The notes under the pieces: model-generated
What the model saw: only the letters and a program-made list of their open reading frames with translations
Database searches by the model: none
Told to the model about the DNA's origin: nothing
Shown here: piece after piece, positions 23,521 to 32,000 of the stretch
Layout of the letters: each line of letters starts with the position of its first letter
Numbering within the stretch: position 1 is the first letter of the stretch
Made by a program: the position numbers and the translations under genes
Source: Methanocaldococcus jannaschii DSM 2661
GTDB lineage: Archaea > AGJL01 > Methanococci > Methanococcales > Methanocaldococcaceae
DNA: 32,000 nucleotides
Assembly (NCBI RefSeq): GCF_000091665.1
Contig: NC_000909.1
Location: forward strand, 1,374,118 to 1,406,117
Direction of reading: 5' to 3'

Positions 23521-25224
23521 ATGAACTTGTTCAGAAAGATAAGTGAAAAACTTAAATCCTATGAAGATTGGGTTACTGAGGCTAACTATTACTTAGATGA
23601 AGGAATATATGACAAAGCAGTTGAATGCTACTTAAAAGCATTAGAAAAGAAAAATACCAATCCTATTGATTGGTTTAATCTTGCTTATGCACTCTACCAT
23701 TTAGAAAAATACGACTCTGCACTTGAGGCAATAAATGAGGCGTTAAAAATATCTCCATCAAACATATATTTTGCATATCTTAAAGGACTCATTCACTATA
23801 AACGTGGGGAAATAATTTTAGCATATAAATATCTTAAAAAGGCCTCTGAAAAAATTAAAAATGAGGAATTATTTGAAATTTTGGGAGATATTTCGGTTAA
23901 ATATGGTAGATACGAAGAGGCTTTAAAATACTATTTAAAATCATATAAAATGGCAAATTCAAAAAATCTCAATGCGTTATTTAAGGCAGGAAAGATTTAT
24001 CTACTGTTTGGAGACATTGATAAAGCATATGATGCGTTTAATGAAATATTACAACAAAATCCAAGCCATGAGTGTAAAAAAATTGTTGAATGTATGGAAA
24101 ACGTTGTAAATGCCATAAACTCTTATGAAGATTTAAATAATGGACTTACGATGATAAAAAATAAAGATTACATTGGTGCATTAAAAATTTTTAATAAAGT
24201 GCTTCAGATAGATGAAAATTCTGACATCTCTTACTATTATAAAAGTGTAATTGCAGAAATCTTTGAAGAATATAAAAAAGCCCTTGAATATATTGATAAA
24301 TCGATATCAATATTTAATAGGAGTTTATATTATGCAAAAAAAGGAGATATATTATACAAGCTTGGAGATGAAGAGGGAGCTATAGAAGCATATAACAAGG
24401 CAATTAAGCTAAATTCACAAAATCCATATGCATATTTTGGATTGGCCATACTTTATTACAGAAAAGGAGAGTTGGAAAAATCCTCAAACTTTTTTGATAA
24501 AGTCTTAGAAACATACCTTGAAGAACTCTCAGAGGAAGATATTAGCGCACTCAACTTATACTCCCTAATTGGAAAAGCTGAGACAACAGGAATCCCAAAA
24601 TACTATCATGAGGCTATGAAATATGTAGATAATTTAATAAATCTGGAAAACAGCAGTAGATGGTGGTATGTCAAAGGGTATATTTATTACAAGTTAGGGA
24701 ACTACAAGGATGCGTATGAATCTTTTATGAATGCTTTAAGAGTGAATCCAAAAGATATTAGCACATTAAAATCTCTTGCAATAGTTCTTGAAAAATCTGG
24801 AAAAATCGATGAAGCGATAACAACATACACAAAAATTTTGAAAATTGTCAATTCTTTGCAATTTACATGTGAAATCGACAATATATTAGAAAAATTAAGA
24901 AGTAGAAAACCTACAAATCTTGAAATACCTTCGGTTTTATTTGATATTCCTGTAATGTATCACAAACCAAATATTACTTGTTTCTATGCATCAAACCTAT
25001 GGAAGTATATGGCAAATAATAATCCTATTGGAGCATATATCTATCTATCATTTATTGAATCATACATAAGCTTAGATGAAATATCCCAAATGGTCAATGA
25101 TATAAAGTCCAAGTTATCATTAGAGATGTACAGATACTGTGAATTAATTGATGATTATAAATCTGATGAGAGCGTTTTAATGCAAATAAAAGAGCTTCTC
25201 CAAAAACTTGGGTGTATGTTATGA
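23521..25224 (+). CDS. TPR-repeat protein (~450 aa of TPRs plus a ~110-aa non-TPR C-terminal domain)
   Basis: Repeated 34-aa units carry TPR signatures, for example YDKAVECYLKALEKKNTNP, YDSALEAINEALKISPSN, EEGAIEAYNKAIKLNSQNP and YKDAYESFMNALRVNPKD. The SD GGTGAT overlaps the mptG stop. Confidence 0.85.
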   Translation: MNLFRKISEKLKSYEDWVTEANYYLDEGIYDKAVECYLKALEKKNTNPIDWFNLAYALYHLEKYDSALEAINEALKISPSNIYFAYLKGLIHYKRGEIILAYKYLKKASEKIKNEELFEILGDISVKYGRYEEALKYYLKSYKMANSKNLNALFKAGKIYLLFGDIDKAYDAFNEILQQNPSHECKKIVECMENVVNAINSYEDLNNGLTMIKNKDYIGALKIFNKVLQIDENSDISYYYKSVIAEIFEEYKKALEYIDKSISIFNRSLYYAKKGDILYKLGDEEGAIEAYNKAIKLNSQNPYAYFGLAILYYRKGELEKSSNFFDKVLETYLEELSEEDISALNLYSLIGKAETTGIPKYYHEAMKYVDNLINLENSSRWWYVKGYIYYKLGNYKDAYESFMNALRVNPKDISTLKSLAIVLEKSGKIDEAITTYTKILKIVNSLQFTCEIDNILEKLRSRKPTNLEIPSVLFDIPVMYHKPNITCFYASNLWKYMANNNPIGAYIYLSFIESYISLDEISQMVNDIKSKLSLEMYRYCELIDDYKSDESVLMQIKELLQKLGCML

Positions 25225-26723
25225 AGGTTGTAGGAAAGACTACAACAACACACTTTACTTTTGAATCCCTTGAAAAGATAAGATTTGGAGAGTATGTAAT
25301 TGCAAAAAATGTTGATGGCAGAGATGTATTGGGTGTTATAAAAAATGTAGTTGCAGATGTTGAGAAATTTGTTGGTGAAGTTAAAGTCATTGGTGTATTG
25401 GATGGAAACAAAATAATTCCCAATAGAACACCAATACTCCCAAACAGTGAAGTTAGATTGTGTGATGATGAAATCCTAAATAATATATATCTAACTCCAG
25501 ATGGGTTGAATATAGGTCATTTATTAACAAGAGATAATGTTAGAGTTTATTTAGACACAAATAAACTTGTATCAAGACATTTTGCAATACTCTCTATAAC
25601 TGGAGGGGGAAAATCAAATACCGCATCTGTTTTGTGCAGAGAACTTGCAAAGAAAAATGGAACTGTAATAATGATAGACCCCCATGGAGAGTATATCTCT
25701 TTATATCATGAAGACATGGAGGGGAAAATAAAGGTAATAAATCCAATAATAAACCCTGTTTTATTAGCTCCAAGTGAATTTGCTAATTTAATTGGGATAG
25801 GCGATAATGAGATAGAGAAGAGAGTTTATGTGGAATTTGCATACCACACTGTAAAACATGAATGTCCAGATGCTAAAGGAATTGAGTTTATTGAAAAAAT
25901 AGAAAATCTACTCTATGAATGGAGTAAGATAGCATCAGTTGGATGGGAAATTAAATATTACAACCCATTAAGAAGGAACTATGATAGAAGAAAATTAGAA
26001 AAGGAAGATTTCGTTATATTGATGTCTCTCATTGATACTATTAGCAAATTCAAATTAGATTATGCATTAAATATTGGGGATAGAGATGTAATTGAAGAAT
26101 TTGAAATTGGAAAAATAAACATCGTTAATTTAAGTGGGTTGGAGATTCCTCAGATGGTTACTTTTGTGGGATTTATAGCTAAACATCTTCTTTTAAAAAG
26201 GATAACTTACTTAAAATCATTAAAGGATGTATATAGTATTAATGAGGAAATTAGAAGAGTTGCACAATCAAACTTAAACATTATTGAATCACACTACAAA
26301 GTTGTAACAAAACCTGTCCTGTTAATTGTAGAAGAAGCTCATATATTTATTCCAGTAAATGAACAAAACTCAGCAAGCTTATGGTTGGGGAAGATAGCAA
26401 GAGAGGGAAGAAAATTTGGTGTTGGTTTAGGTTTAGTATCCCAAAGACCTAAGCAATTGCATCCTGATGTTTTATCTCAAACGAACACTAAGATAATTTT
26501 AAAAATAGTCGAACCAGAAGACCAAAAATATATACAGAGAGCTTCAGAAGAACTTGGAGAAGATTTGGTAAAAGATTTGGCATCTTTGGGTATTGGAGAA
26601 GCAGTAATTGTAGGAGCAGCAATATCCCTCCCATCAATAGTCAAAATTGACAAATTTGATGGAGTATATGGAGGAAAGGATATAAACATAGTCGGAGAAT
26701 GGATGGGTTTAGATGATTGGTAA
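25221..26723 (+). CDS. HerA/FtsK-type (DUF87-like) P-loop ATPase
   Basis: An N-terminal barrel-like region is followed by Walker A SITGGGKSNT, Walker B VLLIVEEAHIFIP and REGRKFGVGLGLVSQRP. The ATG at 25221 overlaps the TPR stop (ATGA). GGGTG lies 6 nt upstream. The track GTG at 25212 is part of that SD. Confidence 0.8.
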   Translation: MKVVGKTTTTHFTFESLEKIRFGEYVIAKNVDGRDVLGVIKNVVADVEKFVGEVKVIGVLDGNKIIPNRTPILPNSEVRLCDDEILNNIYLTPDGLNIGHLLTRDNVRVYLDTNKLVSRHFAILSITGGGKSNTASVLCRELAKKNGTVIMIDPHGEYISLYHEDMEGKIKVINPIINPVLLAPSEFANLIGIGDNEIEKRVYVEFAYHTVKHECPDAKGIEFIEKIENLLYEWSKIASVGWEIKYYNPLRRNYDRRKLEKEDFVILMSLIDTISKFKLDYALNIGDRDVIEEFEIGKINIVNLSGLEIPQMVTFVGFIAKHLLLKRITYLKSLKDVYSINEEIRRVAQSNLNIIESHYKVVTKPVLLIVEEAHIFIPVNEQNSASLWLGKIAREGRKFGVGLGLVSQRPKQLHPDVLSQTNTKIILKIVEPEDQKYIQRASEELGEDLVKDLASLGIGEAVIVGAAISLPSIVKIDKFDGVYGGKDINIVGEWMGLDDW

Positions 26724-26725
26724 CC

Positions 26726-26786
26726 ATAGGAGGAAACCTCCTATTGGTATACCACCCGTCTATTAAGTTAGGACTTTCAGTCCTAA
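26726..26786. repeat. Two perfect 8-bp hairpins flanking an 8-nt palindrome
   Basis: The elements are ataggagg-aaa-cctcctat (26726-26744), ggtatacc (26746-26753) and ttaggact-ttc-agtcctaa (26768-26786). All lie in the 88-bp gap between the ATPase gene and hisI. Confidence 0.75.
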
Positions 26787-26811
26787 TTAATATCCATATT
26801 TAGGTGATTTC

Positions 26812-27195
26812 ATGGATGTGGAAGATACTGTTAAAAAACTAAATTTAAAATTCAGAAATATAGAAGGAGAGAGATTAATTTTAGCAATAACCTGTGATGA
26901 GAATAAAAATGTGTTAATGGTTGCATTTATGAATGAAGAGGCATTAAAAAAGACATTAGAAACTGGATATATGCATTATTATTCAACAAGTAGAAAAAAG
27001 TTATGGAGAAAAGGAGAAGAGAGTGGAAATGTTCAAAAATTAATAAAATTTTATAGGGACTGTGATGGAGACGCTTTATTATTTATAGTTGAACAGAAAG
27101 GGGTTGCATGTCATGAGGGTTATTATTCATGTTTCCATTATAAAATAGAAGATGGAGAACTAAAAATAACTGGAGAATACTACTCTAAGAGATGA
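26812..27195 (+). CDS. hisI: Phosphoribosyl-AMP cyclohydrolase
   Basis: The conserved motifs are [20 protein letters not shown] and [12 protein letters not shown]. The SD AGGTGAT lies 3 nt upstream. Confidence 0.9.
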   Translation: MDVEDTVKKLNLKFRNIEGERLILAITCDENKNVLMVAFMNEEALKKTLETGYMHYYSTSRKKLWRKGEESGNVQKLIKFYRDCDGDALLFIVEQKGVACHEGYYSCFHYKIEDGELKITGEYYSKR

Positions 27196-27199
27196 GAAT

Positions 27200-28279
27200 A
27201 TGGACCCAAATAAATTTAGAGAGAAAGAAATATCCAAAAAAGAAGCATTAGAGTTATTTGAAGATAATGAGATTATATTTGAGTTGTTTAAATTTGCAGA
27301 TTCTTTGAGAAGAGAGGAAGTTGGAGATATAGTTACCTACGTGGTAAATAGAAATATAAACTTCACAAATATATGCGTTGGAAATTGCAGATTTTGTGCT
27401 TTCAGAGCCAATGAAAATGACAAACATGCTTATTTTTTAGATATAGATGAGATTGCTAAGAGGGCAGTAGAAGCAAAAAAATTTGGTTGCACTGAGGTTT
27501 GTATTCAGGGAGGATTGCATCCAAAGATAGATACATATTATCAGGCGGAGATTTTAAAGGCTGTGCATGAAGCAACAAAACCTTACGGAGATATCCACAT
27601 ACATGCCTTTTCTCCAATGGAGGTTTATTTTGGTGCTGAGAATGCTGGCTTAGATATTAAAGAAGCATTGAAAATATTGAAAGAAAATGGTCTCAACTCC
27701 ATGCCAGGAACTGCGGCGGAGATTTTAGATGATGACATTAGAGCTGAACTCTGCCCAAATAAAATAAAAACTAAAGAGTGGATTTATATAATTAAGGAGG
27801 CTCATAAATTAGGCATTCCAACAACTGCAACAATGATGTATGGGCATATCGAAGAATATAAACACTGGGTAAATCATCTTTTTATAATTAAAGAGATTCA
27901 GGAAGAGACTAACGGCTTTACTGAATTTGTTCCACTCTCATTTATGCATAAATATGCTCCAATCTATAAAGAAGGAAAGGCAAAAGCTGGAGCTACTGGA
28001 ATTGAAGATTTAAAGGTTTTTGCTGTTAGCAGAATAATATTTAAGGGTTTGATAAAAAATATCCAAGCTTCATGGGTTAAATTAGGAAAAAAGATGGTTC
28101 AAGTTGCTTTAAGATGTGGGGCTAACGATGTTGGTGGCACTTTGATAGAGGAGAGTATATCAAGAAGTGCAGGAGCTGAGCATGGAGTTTATATGAGTGT
28201 TGAAGAGATTAGAGACATGATTAAAAGGGTTGGATTAATTCCTAAGGAGAGAACTACTTTGTATAAAATTTTAGAGTAA
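27200..28279 (+). CDS. cofH: FO synthase subunit 2 (CofH), radical SAM enzyme of F420 chromophore synthesis
   Basis: The radical SAM cluster motif is CVGNCRFCAF. The protein is 359 aa and resembles MqnC/CofH across its length. It starts 4 nt after the hisI stop. Confidence 0.88.
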   Translation: MDPNKFREKEISKKEALELFEDNEIIFELFKFADSLRREEVGDIVTYVVNRNINFTNICVGNCRFCAFRANENDKHAYFLDIDEIAKRAVEAKKFGCTEVCIQGGLHPKIDTYYQAEILKAVHEATKPYGDIHIHAFSPMEVYFGAENAGLDIKEALKILKENGLNSMPGTAAEILDDDIRAELCPNKIKTKEWIYIIKEAHKLGIPTTATMMYGHIEEYKHWVNHLFIIKEIQEETNGFTEFVPLSFMHKYAPIYKEGKAKAGATGIEDLKVFAVSRIIFKGLIKNIQASWVKLGKKMVQVALRCGANDVGGTLIEESISRSAGAEHGVYMSVEEIRDMIKRVGLIPKERTTLYKILE

Positions 28280-28300
28280 TTTATTATAAAAGGTGAGAGG

Positions 28301-28789
28301 TTGGAAATAAGGAAAAGATATTTTTTAAGTAAAAAAGATGTTAAAAAAATAAAAAAAGAATTGGAAGTGTTTTTTGAAAATGTTGATGAGATAATCCCAA
28401 AAAAAGGAAATGTGGAGATAGCTATAACTGATGACTTTGAGATAATATTAGTCGATAAAGAGCCAATTGCATTTAAAAAAGATGATAAAGTAATTCCAAC
28501 ATTAAAATTGTTATTAAAATCCCTCCCAGATAAAAATTTAGTTGTTGTTGATATAGGTGCTATAAAATTTTTAATAAATGGAGCAGATGTAATGGCTCCA
28601 GGAATTGTAGATGCAGATGAAAATATTAAAGAGGAGGATGTTGTTTTTGTGGTAGATGAAAACCACAAAAAGCCAATATGTGTTGGAATTGCATTAATGA
28701 ATGGAAAAGAGATGAAAGAAGCAGATAAAGGAAAAGCTATTAAAAACCTTCACTATGTAGGAGACAAAATCTGGAATTTTAAGGGATAA
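28301..28789 (+). CDS. PUA-domain RNA-binding protein (MCT-1/Tma20-like architecture)
   Basis: The C-terminal PUA signature is GADVMAPGIV...VVFVVDENHKKPICVGIALM. The TTG start is preceded by the SD AGGTGAGAGG. Confidence 0.78.
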   Translation: MEIRKRYFLSKKDVKKIKKELEVFFENVDEIIPKKGNVEIAITDDFEIILVDKEPIAFKKDDKVIPTLKLLLKSLPDKNLVVVDIGAIKFLINGADVMAPGIVDADENIKEEDVVFVVDENHKKPICVGIALMNGKEMKEADKGKAIKNLHYVGDKIWNFKG

Positions 28790-28791
28790 AA

Positions 28792-29535
28792 ATGAATGAT
28801 AAAAGGTATATGTTAATAATAGCTATTTGTTTAATTTTTTTATCTATATTGGTTTATTCAATACATTTTTTAATCTTTGGAAAAGTTGATTACATATTAA
28901 GCTATTTTTTATTACATTTGGCATTTGTTCCTATTGAAGTTTTGCTTGTAAGTTTAATCATTGAGAAAATTTTAGATTATAGGGAAAAAAAGAAGATATT
29001 GGAAAAATTAAATATGGTCGTTGGTTCTTTTTTTAATAGTGTTGGAGAGGAACTTTTAAAAATAATCTTAGAAGGAGATGTTGGGAATATAAGGGATTAC
29101 TTAAAAATATCAGATGAATGGAATGATAAAACTTACGAAGAAACAAAAAAATTATTAATGAATTATGATTGTAACATAGATATAGAAAAAATTGATTTAT
29201 ATAAGCTTAAAAATCTATTAGAGAGAAATAAAGAATTTCTTTTAAGATTGATGGAAAATCCTTTGCTATTGGAGCATGAAAGCTTTACCGAATTACTATT
29301 GGCAGTATTTCATTTAGCTGATGAGCTACATAGAAGAGAGGATTTAAGCAACCTTCCAAAAAGTGATTTAGACCATTTAAAAAACGATATTATTAGAGTT
29401 TATAAATTATTGATTATTCAATGGCTAAACTACCTAATGCACTTAAAAGATAACTATCCATATCTGTATTCATTATGTTTAAGGGCAAATCCATTTGATA
29501 ATAAGTCCATTATTATAGAGGAGGATGATAAATGA
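28792..29535 (+). CDS. Uncharacterised membrane protein (2 N-terminal TM helices plus a helical cytoplasmic domain)
   Basis: The TM segments are YMLIIAICLIFLSILVYSIHFLIF and ILSYFLLHLAFVPIEVLLVSLII. It starts 2 nt after the PUA-gene stop, and its own stop overlaps the next ATG (ATGA at 29532-29535). Confidence 0.7.
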   Translation: MNDKRYMLIIAICLIFLSILVYSIHFLIFGKVDYILSYFLLHLAFVPIEVLLVSLIIEKILDYREKKKILEKLNMVVGSFFNSVGEELLKIILEGDVGNIRDYLKISDEWNDKTYEETKKLLMNYDCNIDIEKIDLYKLKNLLERNKEFLLRLMENPLLLEHESFTELLLAVFHLADELHRREDLSNLPKSDLDHLKNDIIRVYKLLIIQWLNYLMHLKDNYPYLYSLCLRANPFDNKSIIIEEDDK

Positions 29536-30194
29536 AAGAGAACAAATTTGAGATGATATACAAAATATACAAAATTTTATTAGATTATTATGGACATCAA
29601 AATTGGTGGCCTGCCGAAACAAGGTATGAGGTTGTCGTTGGAGCAATTTTAACTCAAAATACAAGTTGGAAAAATGTAGAGAGGGCTATAAATAATCTAA
29701 AGATGGAAGATTTGTTGGAAGAAGTAAAAATACTAAATGTTGATGAAGATAAACTAAAAGAACTTATAAGGCCAGCTGGATTTTATAATTTAAAAGCTAA
29801 GCGTCTAAAAAATGTAACTAAATTTATTGTTGAAAATTATGGAAATACAGAAGAGATGGCTAAGACAGATAAAGACACTTTAATATTAAGGGCTGAGCTC
29901 TTATCAATAAATGGAGTGGGAAAGGAAACAGCTGATAGTATTTTGTTGTATGCATTAGATAGGGAGAGCTTTGTTGTTGATGCCTATACCAAAAGAATGT
30001 TTAGTAGGTTGGGAGTAATTAACGAAAAAGCTAAATATGATGAGATTAAGGAAATATTTGAAAAAAATTTACCAAAAGATTTAGAAATATACAAAGAATA
30101 TCACGCATTAATAGTAGAGCACTGTAAAAAGTTCTGTAGGAAAAAGGCATTATGTGATAACTGTCCAATTAAAGAATTCTGCCTCTCAAAGTAA
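29532..30194 (+). CDS. Endonuclease III-related HhH-GPD DNA glycosylase with a C-terminal Cys cluster
   Basis: The helix-hairpin-helix is LLSINGVGKETADSILLYAL, followed by the Asp context VVDAYTKRMF. The C-terminus CRKKALCDNCPIKEFC looks like a 4Fe-4S loop. The EndoIII catalytic Lys position appears to be Glu (GVGKET versus GVGRKT). Confidence 0.82.
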   Translation: MKENKFEMIYKIYKILLDYYGHQNWWPAETRYEVVVGAILTQNTSWKNVERAINNLKMEDLLEEVKILNVDEDKLKELIRPAGFYNLKAKRLKNVTKFIVENYGNTEEMAKTDKDTLILRAELLSINGVGKETADSILLYALDRESFVVDAYTKRMFSRLGVINEKAKYDEIKEIFEKNLPKDLEIYKEYHALIVEHCKKFCRKKALCDNCPIKEFCLSK

Positions 30195-30210
30195 TTTTTT
30201 GCTATCTTTA

Positions 30211-30225
30211 AAAAAGTATATATAT
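30211..30225 (+). promoter_or_regulatory. Candidate BRE/TATA for the Hfq-like gene
   Basis: aaaaag + tatatatat lies about 60 nt upstream of the ATG at 30280. The SD AGGTGGGAG is at 30268-30276. Confidence 0.35.
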
Positions 30226-30276
30226 GTGATTGAAAATTATAAGGGTTGATATTTATAAGATGTCAAAAGGTGGGAG

Positions 30277-30495
<219 letters not shown>

Positions 30496-30511
30496 ATACT
30501 AACTTCCCCAT

Positions 30512-30528
30512 TCTTTTTTTCTCTTTTA
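30512..30528 (+). terminator. Oligo-T terminator candidate after the Hfq-like gene
   Basis: ttc ttttttt ctc tttt begins 17 nt after the stop. Confidence 0.45.
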
Positions 30529-30635
30529 TTTATTATGTATAAATTTATAAAAATAAATATAAACTATTTTAGTTAAGTTTAAATTTTGGGAGGTTATTAT
30601 ATTATTTTTTGCAAGTAGATTAAGGGGGATATTAT

Positions 30636-30929
30636 ATGCCAAAGATGGTTTTATTACCAAGAATGACAATGGCTTTAGGAGGATATATTAGAGAAACTAC
30701 CTTTCCTTATGAAGAGGATGATGAAGTAAAGCCCTTCCCATACAGAAATGTTATAGTTGGGAATCCAACAGATGAACCGATAAAGATAGAAGTTCCTGCT
30801 TATAATGAAGGTTGGATAGAGAGGCATAAAAAGTTAGGATTAATTGTTGTTCCTGTTAATGAGGATGATGACTTTGTTGGATTGTTTCAAATGGTCAAAG
30901 AGAAGGTAAAAAATGCTAAAAGGGAATAA
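30636..30929 (+). CDS. Small acidic hypothetical protein (97 aa)
   Basis: The SD AAGGGGGA lies upstream of the ATG. It has a non-repetitive composition and ends 3 nt before the HAD gene start. I do not recognise the family. Confidence 0.55.
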   Translation: MPKMVLLPRMTMALGGYIRETTFPYEEDDEVKPFPYRNVIVGNPTDEPIKIEVPAYNEGWIERHKKLGLIVVPVNEDDDFVGLFQMVKEKVKNAKRE

Positions 30930-30932
30930 AAT

Positions 30933-31619
30933 ATGATAAAGGGAATTTTGTTTGATTTAGACGATACCTTATATAATTCATCAGAATTTGTAGAGATTGC
31001 AAGAAGAGAAGCAGTTAAATCAATGATAGATGCTGGTTTAAATATAGATTTTGAAGAAGCAATGAACATATTAAACAAAATCATTAAGGACAAAGGTTCA
31101 AATTATGGAAAGCATTTTGATGATTTAGTTAAAGCTGTTTTAGGAAAATATGACCCAAAAATAATAACTACTGGAATAATAACCTACCATAACGTTAAAG
31201 TAGCATTATTAAGGCCTTATCCACACACAATAAAGACATTAATGGAACTTAAGGCAATGGGATTAAAGTTGGGGGTTATAACTGATGGATTAACTATAAA
31301 GCAATGGGAAAAGCTTATTAGATTAGGAATTCATCCATTCTTTGATGATGTTATAACCTCAGAGGAATTTGGTTTAGGAAAGCCTCACTTAGAGTTTTTT
31401 AAATATGGATTAAAGAGAATGGGTTTAAAAGCAGAAGAAACAGTATATGTTGGAGATAGGGTTGATAAGGATATAAAACCAGCTAAAGAGTTGGGGATGA
31501 TAACAGTTAGGATATTGAAGGGCAAATATAAAGACATGGAAGATGATGAATATAGCGATTACACAATAAACTCCCTTCAAGAGCTTGTAGATATTGTTAA
31601 AAATTTAAAAAAGGATTAA
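30933..31619 (+). CDS. HAD-superfamily phosphatase
   Basis: Motif I is ILFDLDDTLY (DxDxT). Motif II is GVITDG. Motifs III/IV are K...YVGDRVDKDI. The substrate cannot be read from the sequence. Confidence 0.85.
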   Translation: MIKGILFDLDDTLYNSSEFVEIARREAVKSMIDAGLNIDFEEAMNILNKIIKDKGSNYGKHFDDLVKAVLGKYDPKIITTGIITYHNVKVALLRPYPHTIKTLMELKAMGLKLGVITDGLTIKQWEKLIRLGIHPFFDDVITSEEFGLGKPHLEFFKYGLKRMGLKAEETVYVGDRVDKDIKPAKELGMITVRILKGKYKDMEDDEYSDYTINSLQELVDIVKNLKKD

Positions 31620-31644
31620 AATATAAAATTTTTTGGGGATAACA

Positions 31645-32000
31645 ATGTTTAAGGAATTTAAAGCACTGTTGTCATTTTTTACAAGGATTCCAATCTATGT
31701 AGAAGATTTTGATTTTGAAAACATTGCCAACTATTTTTATCTGATTATTTTAATTGGATATGTGTTTGGAATTTTTAGTTTGATATTAGGTTATATTTTT
31801 AGTTTTTTGCTCCCCAATTTTTTATCTGCTGTTTTAATTTTGTTTTTTATTGAATATTTAAACGGATTCCACCATATAGATGGTTTAATTGACTTTGGAG
31901 ATGGGTGGATGGCTGTTGGAGATAAGAGAAAGAAATTAATGGCTATGAAAGATAGATATATTGGCTGTGGAGGAGTAGTTTTTGCAATATTTTTTAATTT
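31645..32000 (+). CDS. cobS: Adenosylcobinamide-GDP ribazoletransferase (cobalamin synthase CobS), 3' end outside the window
   Basis: My own translation from the ATG at 31645 (SD GGGGAT) gives [17 protein letters not shown]...[16 protein letters not shown]..., which fits the CobS pattern (F.T.iP and hhDGL.D..DG). The product is a polytopic membrane protein. The frame is open to the window edge, so the gene is absent from the ORF track. Confidence 0.82.
   Translation, partial: MFKEFKALLSFFTRIPIYVEDFDFENIANYFYLIILIGYVFGIFSLILGYIFSFLLPNFLSAVLILFFIEYLNGFHHIDGLIDFGDGWMAVGDKRKKLMAMKDRYIGCGGVVFAIFFN

Noticed and set aside
23521-26723. Calling the TPR/HerA-like pair a defence system.
   Set aside because: There is no adjacent effector, nuclease, methyltransferase or mobile-element context. 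It is apparently co-transcribed with a methanopterin biosynthesis gene in a housekeeping region. I report it only as an uncharacterised two-gene module.

Overview
The window is AT-rich and densely coding. It has the hallmarks of a hyperthermophilic methanogen chromosome: Shine-Dalgarno sites of the GGTGAT type, genes for methanogenic cofactors, and LAGLIDADG inteins. From memory it matches the Methanocaldococcus jannaschii region around MJ1412-MJ1438. Two things support this: the EndA catalytic residues fall at Y115/H125/K156, and the intein lengths I counted (499, 548, 436 and 543 aa) equal the values I recall for Mja GF6P and RFC-1/2/3. I cannot verify this without a database. I support about 32 protein genes. 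On the + strand these include trpS, lonB, a class II aldolase, glmS, endA, comC, a CBS protein, RFAP synthase, a TPR protein, a HerA-like ATPase, hisI, cofH, a PUA protein, a membrane protein, an HhH-GPD glycosylase, an Hfq-like Sm protein, a HAD phosphatase and partial cobS. On the - strand these include a YbjQ-like protein, a lipoprotein, a PurM-like protein, a UPF0147-like protein, a CbiA/CfbB-type amidase, rfcS and the NifD-like cfbD. I found no rRNA, tRNA, CRISPR array or intact IS element. This is core housekeeping and cofactor DNA, not an obvious accessory island, so I do not claim a confident new system. The items most worth a second look are as follows. (1) Four LAGLIDADG inteins lie within about 11 kb, one in glmS and three in rfcS, and some carry XRE-like HTH modules. 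(2) A translationally coupled TPR protein and HerA-type ATPase pair has no nuclease partner. (3) A 580-bp ORF-free gap sits between two convergent genes. (4) A 93-nt long-stem inverted repeat lies in the cfbD/endA divergent region. (5) Tandem perfect hairpins follow the ATPase gene. (6) A G9 tract at the lon stop lies where a one-base deletion would fuse Lon to a downstream coiled-coil membrane ORF. (7) A small ORF looks like a fossil of a P-type ATPase N-terminus. Several starts in the ORF track are over-extended, because a GTG or TTG inside the SD was taken as the start. I give corrected starts for these.
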